From: Catajapyx aquilonaris
Lineage: Eukaryota
DNA length: 41,578 nt
NCBI GenBank assembly: GCA_000934665.2
Contig: KZ538196.1
Coordinates: 62,001-103,578 of the forward strand
Reading direction: 5' to 3'
The position numbers and the translations under genes are program-made. Shown piece after piece: positions 1-11,292 of this stretch; positions within the stretch are counted from its first letter, which is position 1, and each line of letters begins with the position of its first letter. The notes beneath the pieces were generated by a model. The model was not told the DNA's origin. It did not search any database and worked only from the letters and a program-made list of their open reading frames with translations.

Positions 1-160
1 GACAGTTAAGTGAACAGCTGGTTAAGTTGGCAGTTACGTGAACAACTGGTTTTAAGTTGGCAGTGAAGTGAACAGCTGGTTAAGTTGGCAGTTAAGTGAA
101 CAGCTGGTTAAGTTGATGGCTGGTTAAATCAACTTGGGCATTGATGGCTGGTTAAGTGAA
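1..160. repeat. ~28-bp intronic minisatellite (gttaagtgaacagctggttaagttggca), truncated by the window edge
   Basis: About four direct copies plus degenerate trailing copies at 1-160, upstream of the first visible Relish acceptor. Confidence 0.85.
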
Positions 161-257
161 TCCGGAAGTAAACCTGTTTGTTAGTCATTGGATTTTCTGG
201 TTGATCATACCTTTTGTTTGTGGTGGGTCGTTAGTAATTTATTAATTGTAATTGCAG

Positions 258-3200
258 GCTCGCCCATAGACCCAACCAGACCTTACCTGGAGATGCTGGA
301 TGAGCCGCAAGAGAAGTTTAGGTTCAGGTACAGGTCTGAAATGACCGGTACTCATGGCTGCCTCTTAGCGGACGGATCGGAGAAGGACAGGAAAAAATAC
401 CCGACTGTTCGAGTAAGTAGAGTTGACTTCTATAAATTTTATGACTGTTTCATGAACATGCGAAGTCATTTTCACGTAATTTTGATGATCAGTTAACATG
501 GGATGCCGTACCATCTAATTATCCGGCCTTGTTCTGAGGTTCGTTAACACAATGTTATGATTTTTGCAGCTGAACAACTACAGAGGGAACGCTTGCGTCC
601 GTGTCACCCTCTGCACTGCTGAGGGCCACCTTCATCCGCATCAACTGGAGCAGAAACCGGTCACCGACAAGGATGGAAACCCTGTCGATTGCCCCATAGA
701 AATGGTGGTTAATGAGTCTAACGACTATACTGCCATCTTCCAAGGCATGTGCGTGATACATACGCCTCGTAAAAGACAGATGAAGGACGAGTTCGAAGCC
801 AAGTTGAGGCAGTATCGGCTAGAGAGGAAGCAGTGGAATGCACCGGGATCTCCACAAGCAAAGCTGACCCTTCAAGAGACGGATGAAGTTCACCAGGACG
901 CAGACAAAATCATAAAAGAGGCTGATGTAAACAACAGGGTCCACCTAATGTTTGAAGCCTTTTCAGACGAGAGTGGCAGCCGTGTTTCGCTGTGCAAGCC
1001 ACTCTTTTCTAGAGCTGTATTCAACCTGAGTACGTATTTTTTGGAGGTCACGGATAATTAAAATCGTGGTTATTAGGCCATTCTCACAGATTGATAAATT
1101 GCTGTTGCTGGCATTACATGGCTATTTGTTGCCTGTCACTTCACTTGTAACGAAATGTATGTTGTAAAAGTATTGAGGTCACTTTTTTCTCTCTTCGCAT
1201 ATGAAGGAAAGACGCACTTGGATGCATACTTATGCAACGGTTTTCCCCGATTTTTATTAGGAAAGAGTCGATACTCTGATTCACCTGCTGTAGCTTCCAC
1301 AGCTTGTGACTAATTTACGCTTATTTTTCAGAGAGCGTGCAGACTTCCGAGCTCAAGATTGTCTACCTGAGTAGAACAACCGGGAAATGTACTGGAGACG
1401 ATGAGATTTGCATACTGGTAGAAAAAGTTAACAAAAGTAAGTTGAATTTTGAGCGTCTCCAGCAGTACCAGTTCACTTCATGTTGCCGTTGTTTGACGTG
1501 TCTCTTTGCTTTTTTTTTTTGTAGAAGACATAAAGGTGAGATTCTTCGAGGAAGAGAACGGAGAGGAAGTCTGGCAGGCGGAAGGGAATTTCACGCAGTT
1601 GGGCGTACACCACCAGTACGCCATAGTCTTCAGGTATGCACTTTTAAGTTTACAACCACAGATAATTCGCTGCAAAACCTTTTGTAAATTAACTTTTGGT
1701 GTTTGGCATTTTTACGAGGTTGTAACAATAGTTCAAAACTTGTTGTTTGCGGATGCAAAAGTTGAACAAGCTTTTGGTTTTGTAGGACACCGCCATACCA
1801 TGACAGAAATCTGACGGTGGAAAAGGCCGTGTTGATGCAGTTGTATCGGCCGAGTGACAAGGCTACCAGTGAAGGGAAGGAGTTTAGGTACCTGCCTGGA
1901 GACCGTAAGTACTTCATGAAGAGTAGAAGCGTAAGTCATGAGTAAGAAGGCATGTCATCAAGTCAGCTTCAAGCGAGCATGTGTAAGAGAGCGTACAAAT
2001 AAGGATGTTTTTTTATTCGTAATTAATTTATTACAGTAGAAATTATGTCACTGTTGAATCTCATTTGTAGAGAGTTTATATGCATTTTAGATACACGCTG
2101 CATTTTCATTTTTTGCATATTATATTTGTAATTCATTTTTACAATAATGATGTTTGTGATACCATGCATGGTATTAACAATTGAGTCGTTTATTTGGCCA
2201 ATACATAATCGCAGTGTTATAGTCCGTAAGTTACACAAGGAAATTACTGTTTCTTACAGCGTACGTACGTTAATACCTGTTTAAGCATTTTATGAGATAA
2301 GCATTTAATACAAAAGGCTTGTTATTATTTAAAGTGCAACAAGACAAATATTTAAAGCTTGTTATAAAATAGAAAAGTAGCATCTAGGAGCTGCAGAGAA
2401 ATATTGAAGTGTACAAAAAATATGTGTATTCATAATATTGAAGCTTGGTTTTATTATGATTTAAAAAATAAATAAAATGTGATAGGTTAAGTAATAAACT
2501 GTCTTTAGTAAACTGGGAAAGGTGTATTTCATCATTTTTGATCGAGCAGTTTTGAAAAGGTTGAAATCGCTGTGATGTGAAATGTGAAAATAAGTAGTCA
2601 TGAAGACGCAGGACCACAGGAGGTGACATCTCACACTCGTCTGAACAGCAGAATAAATGTAACTTACTGTCGCTGGAAGTATGTCATGAAGTCATGAAAT
2701 ATTTTTTCCTGATCCCAACCCAAACATGAATCTACAGCTATTACGCTCCCGATATGAAACGAGGAAGCTGTAAAATAAATAATACAGTTTTTACTTTCTT
2801 AGTACAAGTAACTAATACGCAGCGAATTGCGAGTAACTAAATAAAATTGCATATGAGAACTAAACTTGAGATTGTCTTGTCATTAGCCGATAATAATGCC
2901 TCATCGCACAATACACATTTCAGAGAAAAGTAACAACAGTTAACCAAATTGTAGTTGTACCATATATTTTTTCCAATTATTTTGTGGATAATATCAGTTA
3001 CTCTGCAGGCATTACTGGGATGTATGCTGGGTTAGCAATTTAGCATTTGTCAATATCAGGAAGAACTTGACACATCTCGATAATTTATCTAAATAATTGC
3101 AATAAGAAATGGTGACGATGAAACCTGTCAGAGACTGCAAAAAAAAAAAAAACAAGCCGAGGCCCAGCTGGATATCAGCAGATTGTTACTTCCGAGTGCG

Positions 3201-6200
3201 AATAGGATACGTAATCTTCCCATTGCTGTCATCCAGGATGAATGAGGAAAGGATTATTAATAAAAATAATTTATGTTGTACATTGGAGATGATGCACACT
3301 TTTCAGCTGCATTTCACAGTGACGAGCTGTATTTATCGATGAAATAAAATTTGCTGTATGACGTCTTCTGTACCACCACTTTACTCTTCCTGCTCCCCAA
3401 AAATTACAAGTAGTTGAACCTGTTTATTTTACTTTTAATAAGACAAACATGAAAGAATATGCGGTGCAACATTTAATGAGAATATGAATAAGGATAAGCA
3501 CGTTCAACTGCACACTATTCACTAATAGAATTACAAGTGATGGAAAACCTTTCCCAGAGGAAATAGTTTTAATTAGTCAATCGTAATGTAGTGCTAATAA
3601 CTGCGAGACTAATGAGTAATCGTAAGAGAGATTGGTATGCAAACTAGTTGCAAGCCAATGATCGAATTCCCATGAGGTGACTCGCACTAAGGAAGTTTCG
3701 TAATCGACCTGTCTTCAGAATGAACATAGCATCTCTCGAAAATAATTGGGATAAATTAAGGATCATGCTCGCAAGCTCCACTTATGCTCATGCTGACTGT
3801 TGTTGTCTATATGGGAAAGTTAATTTTTGTCTCTTGCTCCAGCTCCACGCAAACGTCCGCATTTGGCAAAAGGACAGTGCCAGCCTCGTGATAGCGACCT
3901 ACCACCGCCCAAGATTGTTAAGCAAGGCTTGTCCATACCAGGGCCTTCTCCAGTGACCACCTTCATTTCCACCGGACCAGCCGTGCCTCCTGCCCCAATA
4001 ACTTCTTCGTTCAGCGAAACCAGTGCTCCACCAGCAGGTAGGAGAAAAGTGTTGCGGATCAAACGGAAGGTTAAACAGGAATCTTCGGAGAGGGATTCAG
4101 TCGTGCCTCCAGTGGTCATAGTGCCGTACCAAGGGGTCAAACATGAGAACGCGTCACAGGGGGAAAGGAACACGGACCAGCCAATCACCAACGGGATGAT
4201 CAGCTTAGTTATAGTCTCTGGAGGAATGCCCTGTGATAGGTGAAAATTGTGCTGGCTCAAAACATGCGTACAGGGTGACAGTTTTTATCGTTTCAAAAAG
4301 GGTGGTATTCCACACATTACGCTTGCAGAGAGATGGACACATCCTGGATTTAATTGTTCAAGCTTCAGAAGTTTTACTAAACTAAAAAGTGCAGGCAATT
4401 TACTTAAATGCATAGGGCAGCTTAATGTATGGAGACCAACCTAAATCGAGAGGTCCTTTTGGCTGTTCATTGCTGGCCATTTATGTTACGCAAGAGACGG
4501 AAGGAAATTTTTTAAGGAACTGGATGCACAATAGGTCCGTTATTTTACACATTGTCCACTTTTTATAAGTGTGTGACTAATTGTCGGATAAGACTGAGCT
4601 GCTAACTTCCTTTGGAAAAAAAAAAATGCAATTAAAAAGATGCAAGCGGTTGATTTGATTACGTTGTGTTTGATGGGAGTTGAAATGTTTTTACTTCCAG
4701 TAAAATTTTAATGCACATAGTTCGTGTGTGTCTTTATTAATTGCAATATTTTGCTAACAAAAAAATGGCAAACCTGCGGAAAAGATGCTGCTCACCCTGC
4801 GCATGAAGAAGTGGACCAATACGATTCAAGTGGCCTTATTTCAGCACAGTTGAAGTTGTGTGCCACACTTGGCATAATTGCTCGTTTTTTTTAAAATTAT
4901 TTTGTAAAGGAATGATTTAAGAACATTGGAAAATAATGCTTATTTGTCAGTGATATAAATTATTTTTCTTTCTGTACTCAGGGGGAATAATAATTTTTAT
5001 GAAGTTGAGCAGTTTACGCAAGTAACCATTCGCTTGCATGTACGAAAATATTGTACAGGAGACGTGGTTATCTTTTTTGCGACTGAGCTGCGGCTTAGAT
5101 TGTCACAGTGAAATTGTGTGTATGCATTGTTACAAATGATGCCAATAGTTAGACAAGCAAAATTTTTGAAATAGATTTTAAGAAAAATTTGTTCCAAAGT
5201 CATCCAGATCTGATTTTAATTTCCTTCTTTCAGGCCAAAATAATAATAAAAAATTTGATTAGTTTATACCAATCGTGTTTGTTCAGATATTGCAAATGAA
5301 AAAAATGTGTGAACTATTGTGAAGTTCATATGTTAATATTTTTTTCTCAATATATATTTTTTTTTCTGTAGACATTTATGTAATGAAGTGATTGGAAAAA
5401 TAAACTCTGTTTGTTATATATACATCATGTCATTTTTATTATTCTATTTTTTTTCTCTTATTTCTATATGCAGCACACAATTTCCTTGACAATTGTAGGG
5501 GGGGCTTCTTATTCACTGTTTTTTTTTGTTCAATTTGAAAATATCCGTCTACATTTCAGCTTTATTATTTTTATTACCTGAATGCAAATAGTTTCTTCCT
5601 TTCAATCTTGCCTCACGGACGTACCTAAATTATTGACGTGGAATTGAAAATATAATTTTGCTCTAAAATTGAGCAGACTATTGTTGTAACGTCGTTTGCA
5701 AATTTGAGTACACTCAAAATAATTGTGTATTTGAAATAATCGAAAACATTCAGGTCATAACTTTTTGATGATGTCCTCTGAACATGTTCGTCCCATTTGG
5801 ACCTGTGATAGTTTTTTAAAAAGTAGTTCGCTGCCATGTAAAATTAGCATGACCACCTTCGATGTGTCGAATTGAGTTGCAGCTGGCGACACTTTTGCTT
5901 ATAACGTCACTCAATATTATAATTGCAGGTCCCAATACTATGCTAGGCCAGCCGATGGATTTTAACTTGGGAATGCTTGCTGGGACTCTTCCTAACTTGG
6001 ATCCAGGCACGGCCCAGCCATTTCAGTGGACGAGGGATCCAAACGTTGGAAATTCGCCCACCCACTTTCAGTTCATGAAGGAGACCTATCCGACCATAGA
6101 CTTTAGTGAACTGTGTCAAAATACACCAATTCAGTACCAGTCACAGTACCAGGTCCCGCAGCAACAGCAGCCGGAAGACCAACATTTGTCCATTGACGAT

Positions 6201-8635
6201 ATTGATCCATCCATCAACCCATGTGAGTGTTAACTTATTTTAGATGATGTCCTTTTACAAAAAGTTTCATAACGGACACAAAGGTTTATTCAAAGAGAAT
6301 TTACTGTACGAGCTGTTTTTACATTTAAAATAATTTGAGTGAATCTGTATTCAACCTTATCGTACAATGCAGTCATGAAATTTTTGTGTAGAACAGTGGC
6401 ATACTGATGTTTGATATGTGTTGCTGCTCAGAATATTCTCATTACACATGTTACGCAGTTCCAGAATATGGCACCATGCTGAATGAGATGAGCAGCCCTC
6501 AGTACTTACAAATTGATGCGGCCACAGGCGGCACGAAGAAGAAGACAAAGTCCAAAAAGCCTCCTCAAGATGATGGTAAGTCAGCATTAAACGAAACTCA
6601 TTCGTGATTCACTTGCACGTACATTGATTTTTACAGACCAGGTACTGAGCCGTGGAGACGATCTGGGTAACATGATGGGACGACTGACAATAGGTGATGG
6701 TAATGGAAATGCCAGTGTGCCTGATGGCCGCGACTTGGCCATGTCAGTGGCTAAGAGTATCGCCGAGTCTCTTCAGGCATGGGCTGCCTCAAATGACATT
6801 GCTGTGGTCTGGAGGAGGCTTAGGCACTTATTCGCATTGCAAACTGAAGAGGGAGAGAAGTACGGCTGTTTGTGATGAACATTAATAAAAACATTACTAA
6901 TATTAATTGCTTGTAATTTCTAGCGCACTGCATACGGCCGTTCTTTACCAGCAAGAGGGACCTCTGATGGATATTCTGAGAGTCCTTCGCCAGTATCACG
7001 ACCAGGAGTCCATTAACGCTGTGAACATTCACGACCAGACGCCATTGCATCTGGCAGTGAAAGGGAACCAGGCCAAGATGGTAAAGGAGCTTTTGGAGGC
7101 AGGCGCAAACCCAGGGATAGTGGACGAGAATGGAAACACCGCCTTTCATGTGGCAGTCAGAATGAACCACAGCCAGTGTCTGGACGAGTTGCTCAAGAAG
7201 AAGAGCTACACAAATGGGAAGATCACTCAGCCGCAGATCATAAATCTGACCAATCATGATCGTAAGTTGACATTGAAGTGTTTTCTTGGTAATAATTAAT
7301 GGAAATTTTTTGGTGATCTCAATTTGTTTTTAAAGTGTGCGATTATGATATGTTTAGTGATGTTATCTTAAATTCGCAGCTGGATCAAGCCCTTTGCACA
7401 TGGCAGTACGCAATGGAAAGCTGGACCTAGTTCACAAGCTGTCCAGTGCGGGTGCGAATGCGGATGAACCTGATCGTTCACAAGGGAATACTTCTCTGCA
7501 CATTGCTGTCGAGAAGGAAAATGAAGACATGGTTAACTATCTGCTTGAAAGGGTATGCGAACAACTTACATTGCTAGCAGTCCCAGAAAATTTAATTATA
7601 CGGGTGTTCATGAAACATAAGAATTAATTGTCTGAAAGTTATGCAGGGCAGAGGAATATTGCTGGAAAAAAGGGACAGCTCTTTTTTGTGATAAGTGATG
7701 ATCGCTGTTACATTTGATGCTTCTGTTTCCAGACCAAGGCTAAGATCAATGCCCAGAACTACAGCGGAAACACTCCACTGCATGTAGCATGCGACTTGAA
7801 AAACAAGGGGCTCTGTTTGCTTCTAATGTCATATGGGGCCGATCCTAACATGGAGAATTACATAAAGAGAAACGACGAGTCTGAGGAAGAAGAAGACAAA
7901 GAGACAGACAACAACGTCAAATGCCACACAGCGTTTGACATTGCTGGCGATGATGAAACAGTAGGTTGCAATATTAATTTGCATATTGTGTTTGCCAATC
8001 AACATGTTAACAGTTATTGTGACATTTTTCAGCTTCTTAGGATTCTAAGAGGAGAGATCAGACTGGAGAAAGAAGCTGCTGCTGAAGCACAAGAGATTGC
8101 ATGCGAAGCTTCAAGTAAATCTGAGCCTCAAGGGTTGGATTCAGGGATAGACATCCAAAGCCGAGAGATGCTTTCGCAGAGTGAGTTTCTTCCACGTTAT
8201 CAATATTTTAGTTATTAGTCGCCCCCGTTTATTTAGGCGTGGACATTCTGGACAGCACTATTCGCCAAGAGATTGCAAAAATACTGGACAGGTCGCCAAA
8301 GTTGTGGAGAGAACTGGCACATGCACTGGAATTGGGCTTCCTCATGCATTTTATCGAGACCCAAAGCAGTCCTGCGACATGTATTTTGAACAATTTGGAT
8401 GTAAGCTACTGTTCATAATTTTTTTTTTTTTGATAACATTGTACACTCATTCCATCTTTAGCAATAACTGCATAAAGCGATACATAAGTTCTGTTGCAAT
8501 AATGATGAATATAATAATTCATTGTTTTATTTATTACAGGTCAATGGTGTCAGCTTGGACAAACTAATAAGCGCCTTGGAAGAGCTGAACGTCACGGAAG
8601 CTGTTGACATCATCAACAATGCATTTACACATTGA
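258..8635 (+). CDS. Rel: Relish / NF-kB p105-p110-like transcription factor (5' exons outside the window)
   Basis: Phase-consistent GT-AG exons: 258-412, 570-1029, 1332-1436, 1525-1633, 1786-1904, 3843-4037, 5929-6222, 6459-6575, 6637-6859, 6924-7261, 7380-7552, 7733-7960, 8033-8180, 8237-8400, 8540-8635 (TGA); about 974 aa in the window. RHD has the Relish-type EKFRFRYRSEM..THGCL (Ser in place of the Dorsal/RelA Cys). IPT motifs VHHQYAIVFRTPPY and LYRPSD are followed by the NLS RKRP and LQID. Ankyrins: ENALHTAV, QTPLHLAV, NTAFHVAV, SSPLHMAV, NTSLHIAV, NTPLHVAC. Death domain: WRELAHALEL...SPATCILN...LISALEEL. Confidence 0.96.
3843..4243 (+). CDS. Rel: Putative alternative terminal exon of a short, ankyrin-less Relish isoform
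   Basis: The NLS exon stays in frame for 206 nt past the CAG|GTAGGA donor at 4037/4038, to TGA at 4241-4243. The extension looks coding-like compared with the AT-rich intron that follows. No transcript evidence. Confidence 0.55.
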
Positions 8636-10124
8636 CGTTACATTTTTATGATATGTTATACTGGCCTTGATAACAACACTTTCATGCCTTTAGCAGCACT
8701 GAATAATACAGGCTGATGTACAGTTAAACTTTTAAAGCCTGTTGCAAACTTAATACCTTTTAAGAATAGCAGCGTAATTTATAACCTCGCACAATCAAAA
8801 TGCAGATGGCATAGTCTTCATTACAATTTTAAATTATTGTTAAGTGTTCTAATTTACTGCGGAGCAATTCATGCATACATGCAAATGAAACTGGTGTTAT
8901 TTTCAACCGTTAAAGAGAATACCTTGTATTAATATAGGGTTTGACTCCTGGAATTATGGTGCTATGTGGTACCAGTACTACTGAATAATAGTTTGTTAAG
9001 TAATATTTTTACAGCTTGGTAAACCCGTACTATTGATGTTGGAAAAATTGGGGGAAGAAATATTTCGATGCTAAAGGATTTTAAATCCTCGATCCATTTT
9101 CCATGAAAGATGTCCCATTTTGCATTTTTGTAAGCTAGAAATAGCAATAATACTGGGGTTGTTCTTTTGAAATATCGTTTCAAAAATATTCTCTCTCAAA
9201 AAAATACATAATACATATATATATTTTATATGTTGATTGATGTATTGTTGGGGATGAAATGTGTGGAAGGAACTTCAAGTGGTGATATTGCTCATATTTT
9301 GCATATTGGAAGACTTGTGAGGGAAGAATTGTTATGCGTTTTAAATATGCCTTTTATGTCATTTCTCTCAACATGATTTATTCAAATGCTGGCCTTAGAA
9401 TTTTAGTACTAAATGTCAATTACTTGCGGAAAGTGGGGGGGAATATACTTTTATGCAGGTAAAATATGAGAGTAATCCCACAATATAATATTTTTTGACA
9501 TTGCTATTTTGTACTCCCATTTTATGTGAATGCGAATGGATCCTGGGGAAGTACAAATCATTACTTACCCTTATTACAAGTGGTTGAATAAATTTGAAGA
9601 AAATTATGTATGCTTTGTTCAGTTTCATATTGTCCATATGGATTGCCACTCAAGACAATTCAGGTAACGAGAAGAGTCGGACGGACATGATCACTTTACA
9701 TGCAGCGTGGAGCACTCATTCTTTTAAGTAAACAGCGCATTAAATATTATCAGAGAACCACGATTACAATAATAAGCCGATTCCATCCTGAAAAATTCAA
9801 TGACTTATTGTGCTGCCGTAAACAGGATGAAAAATTGAGCGCAGTTGCATCACACTGATTGAATAACTTGTTGGCACGTCGCAGCTCATCCTTCCTTCCT
9901 TGTTATTATTCCTAACGAACCGCAATTAGGCAACTCATAGTCACACCCCCATGAAACCGGTCGCTGGTGTCCGCTTTACCCTAATCTCACAACAGACGGT
10001 CTATGCATATTTATTAATTTTTAAATATTATGTATACTTTTACGTTAACGATGGACCAGGAGTACAGTCTGTTACGAAATGTCTGTTGAATCATTTACTT
10101 ACTGGATTTGCTATATACTTGTCA

Positions 10125-10200
<76 letters not shown>
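10125..10200. repeat. (CAT)25 microsatellite
   Basis: Perfect trinucleotide run; explains the poly-His and poly-Ile ORFs. Confidence 0.97.
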
Positions 10201-10214
10201 TTTGTGAAATTATT

Positions 10215-10654
10215 GCGATTAAATTATAAATATAAAAGGGTAAGTTTGTTGGTATGTCCCCACTGCCCCATCACTCTCCCACAGCAACGGGGTGTCCATG
10301 ACAACCGGGTCACCACAGCAACGGGGTGTCCATGGCAACCGGATCACCACAGCAACGGGGTGTCCATGGCAACCGGGTCACCACAGCAACGGGGTGTCAA
10401 TGGCAACCGGGTCACCATAGCAACGGGGTGTCCATGGCAACCGGGTCACCATAGCAACATCTCCCATCGCGATTAAATTATAAATATAAAAGGGTAAGTT
10501 TGTTGGTATGTCCCCACTGCCCCATCACTCTCCCATAGCAACGGGGTGTCCATGACAACCGGATCACCACAGCAACGGGGTGTCAATGGCAACTGGGTCA
10601 CCACAGCAACGGGGTGTCCATGGCAACCGGGTCACCATAGCAACATCTCCCATT
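10215..10654. repeat. Tandem duplication (254-bp and ~186-bp copies) containing a 34-bp minisatellite made of two 17-bp subunits
   Basis: gcgattaaattataaatataaaagggtaagtttgttggtatgtcccc starts at 10215 and again at 10469. The inner unit ggggtgtccatggcaaccgggtcaccayagcaac occurs 5x in copy 1 and 3x in copy 2. Confidence 0.95.
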
Positions 10655-11208
10655 CATTCAATATTATTCATTCTTCAATTCCCGTGTGAAGAACCGGTAT
10701 TCTGCTATAGATTTTTTTTTTTAAATTATTAATGAGCGCAACCGAATGCGCAACGCAGTTCGCGCAAATTATTTCCAACACTACGCTCTTGAGAGTGTAA
10801 CAATAATGCGACGTTGTCAATGCTCTGAAAGAAACCTTTGTAGAGGCTATACCGGTGTGAATTTGGCCCATGAGGAGTATGACACTGTGGCAACATTGTT
10901 GTCGGAACAATTGACTTGCGCGAGTGTGGGTGCGCACTCGGTTGAGCCCATAAAAAAATTTATCTCTAGTTAATATTATAAATTGCCATATATAATTATG
11001 TACCTGCAGCTACTACTGTATATAGATTTATCTCAACAGGCCCCCCAAACTTTGAACCCGTTGACCTTGACTGTCATTCCTCATCTGTAAAAGGCTCTCT
11101 ATTTTCCCGGATGAAACTCTGGTCCATTGCCAGCATCACCGGGGGAAAATCTTTTCTTAAGACCTCCCCCGTCAAGTGGCGCTTGTGCACAAACATAGTT
11201 CAAAAAAA

Positions 11209-11243
11209 TATAAAGAGTCTGCTTGTGTGCGAAACGGTCATTC
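11209..11243 (+). promoter_or_regulatory. TATA box plus initiator, core promoter of the first ALDH gene
   Basis: TATAAA at 11209-11214 and TCATTC (arthropod Inr TCAKTY) at 11238-11243. This puts the TATA at -31 from the Inr A (11240), 53 nt before the ATG. Confidence 0.7.
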
Positions 11244-11292
11244 CTCCTTCAGACTCAGACCGAAGAGGATCAAATTTTTTCTGCAGCTCACA

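Noticed and set aside
1905..1945. Read-through after the last IPT exon (RKYFMKSRSVSHE*) and a second GTAAGT at 1931 as an RHD-only isoform
   Set aside because: Only 13 codons, expected by chance; the second donor is phase 0 and incompatible with the phase-1 acceptor at 3843.
9951..10476. Poly-His and poly-Ile ORFs
   Set aside because: Translations of the (CAT)25 microsatellite and the minisatellite; no splice or protein-family support.
10275..10644. CRISPR-like regular repeats (also 21170-21401)
   Set aside because: No unique spacers, no cas genes, eukaryotic context; these are plain minisatellites.
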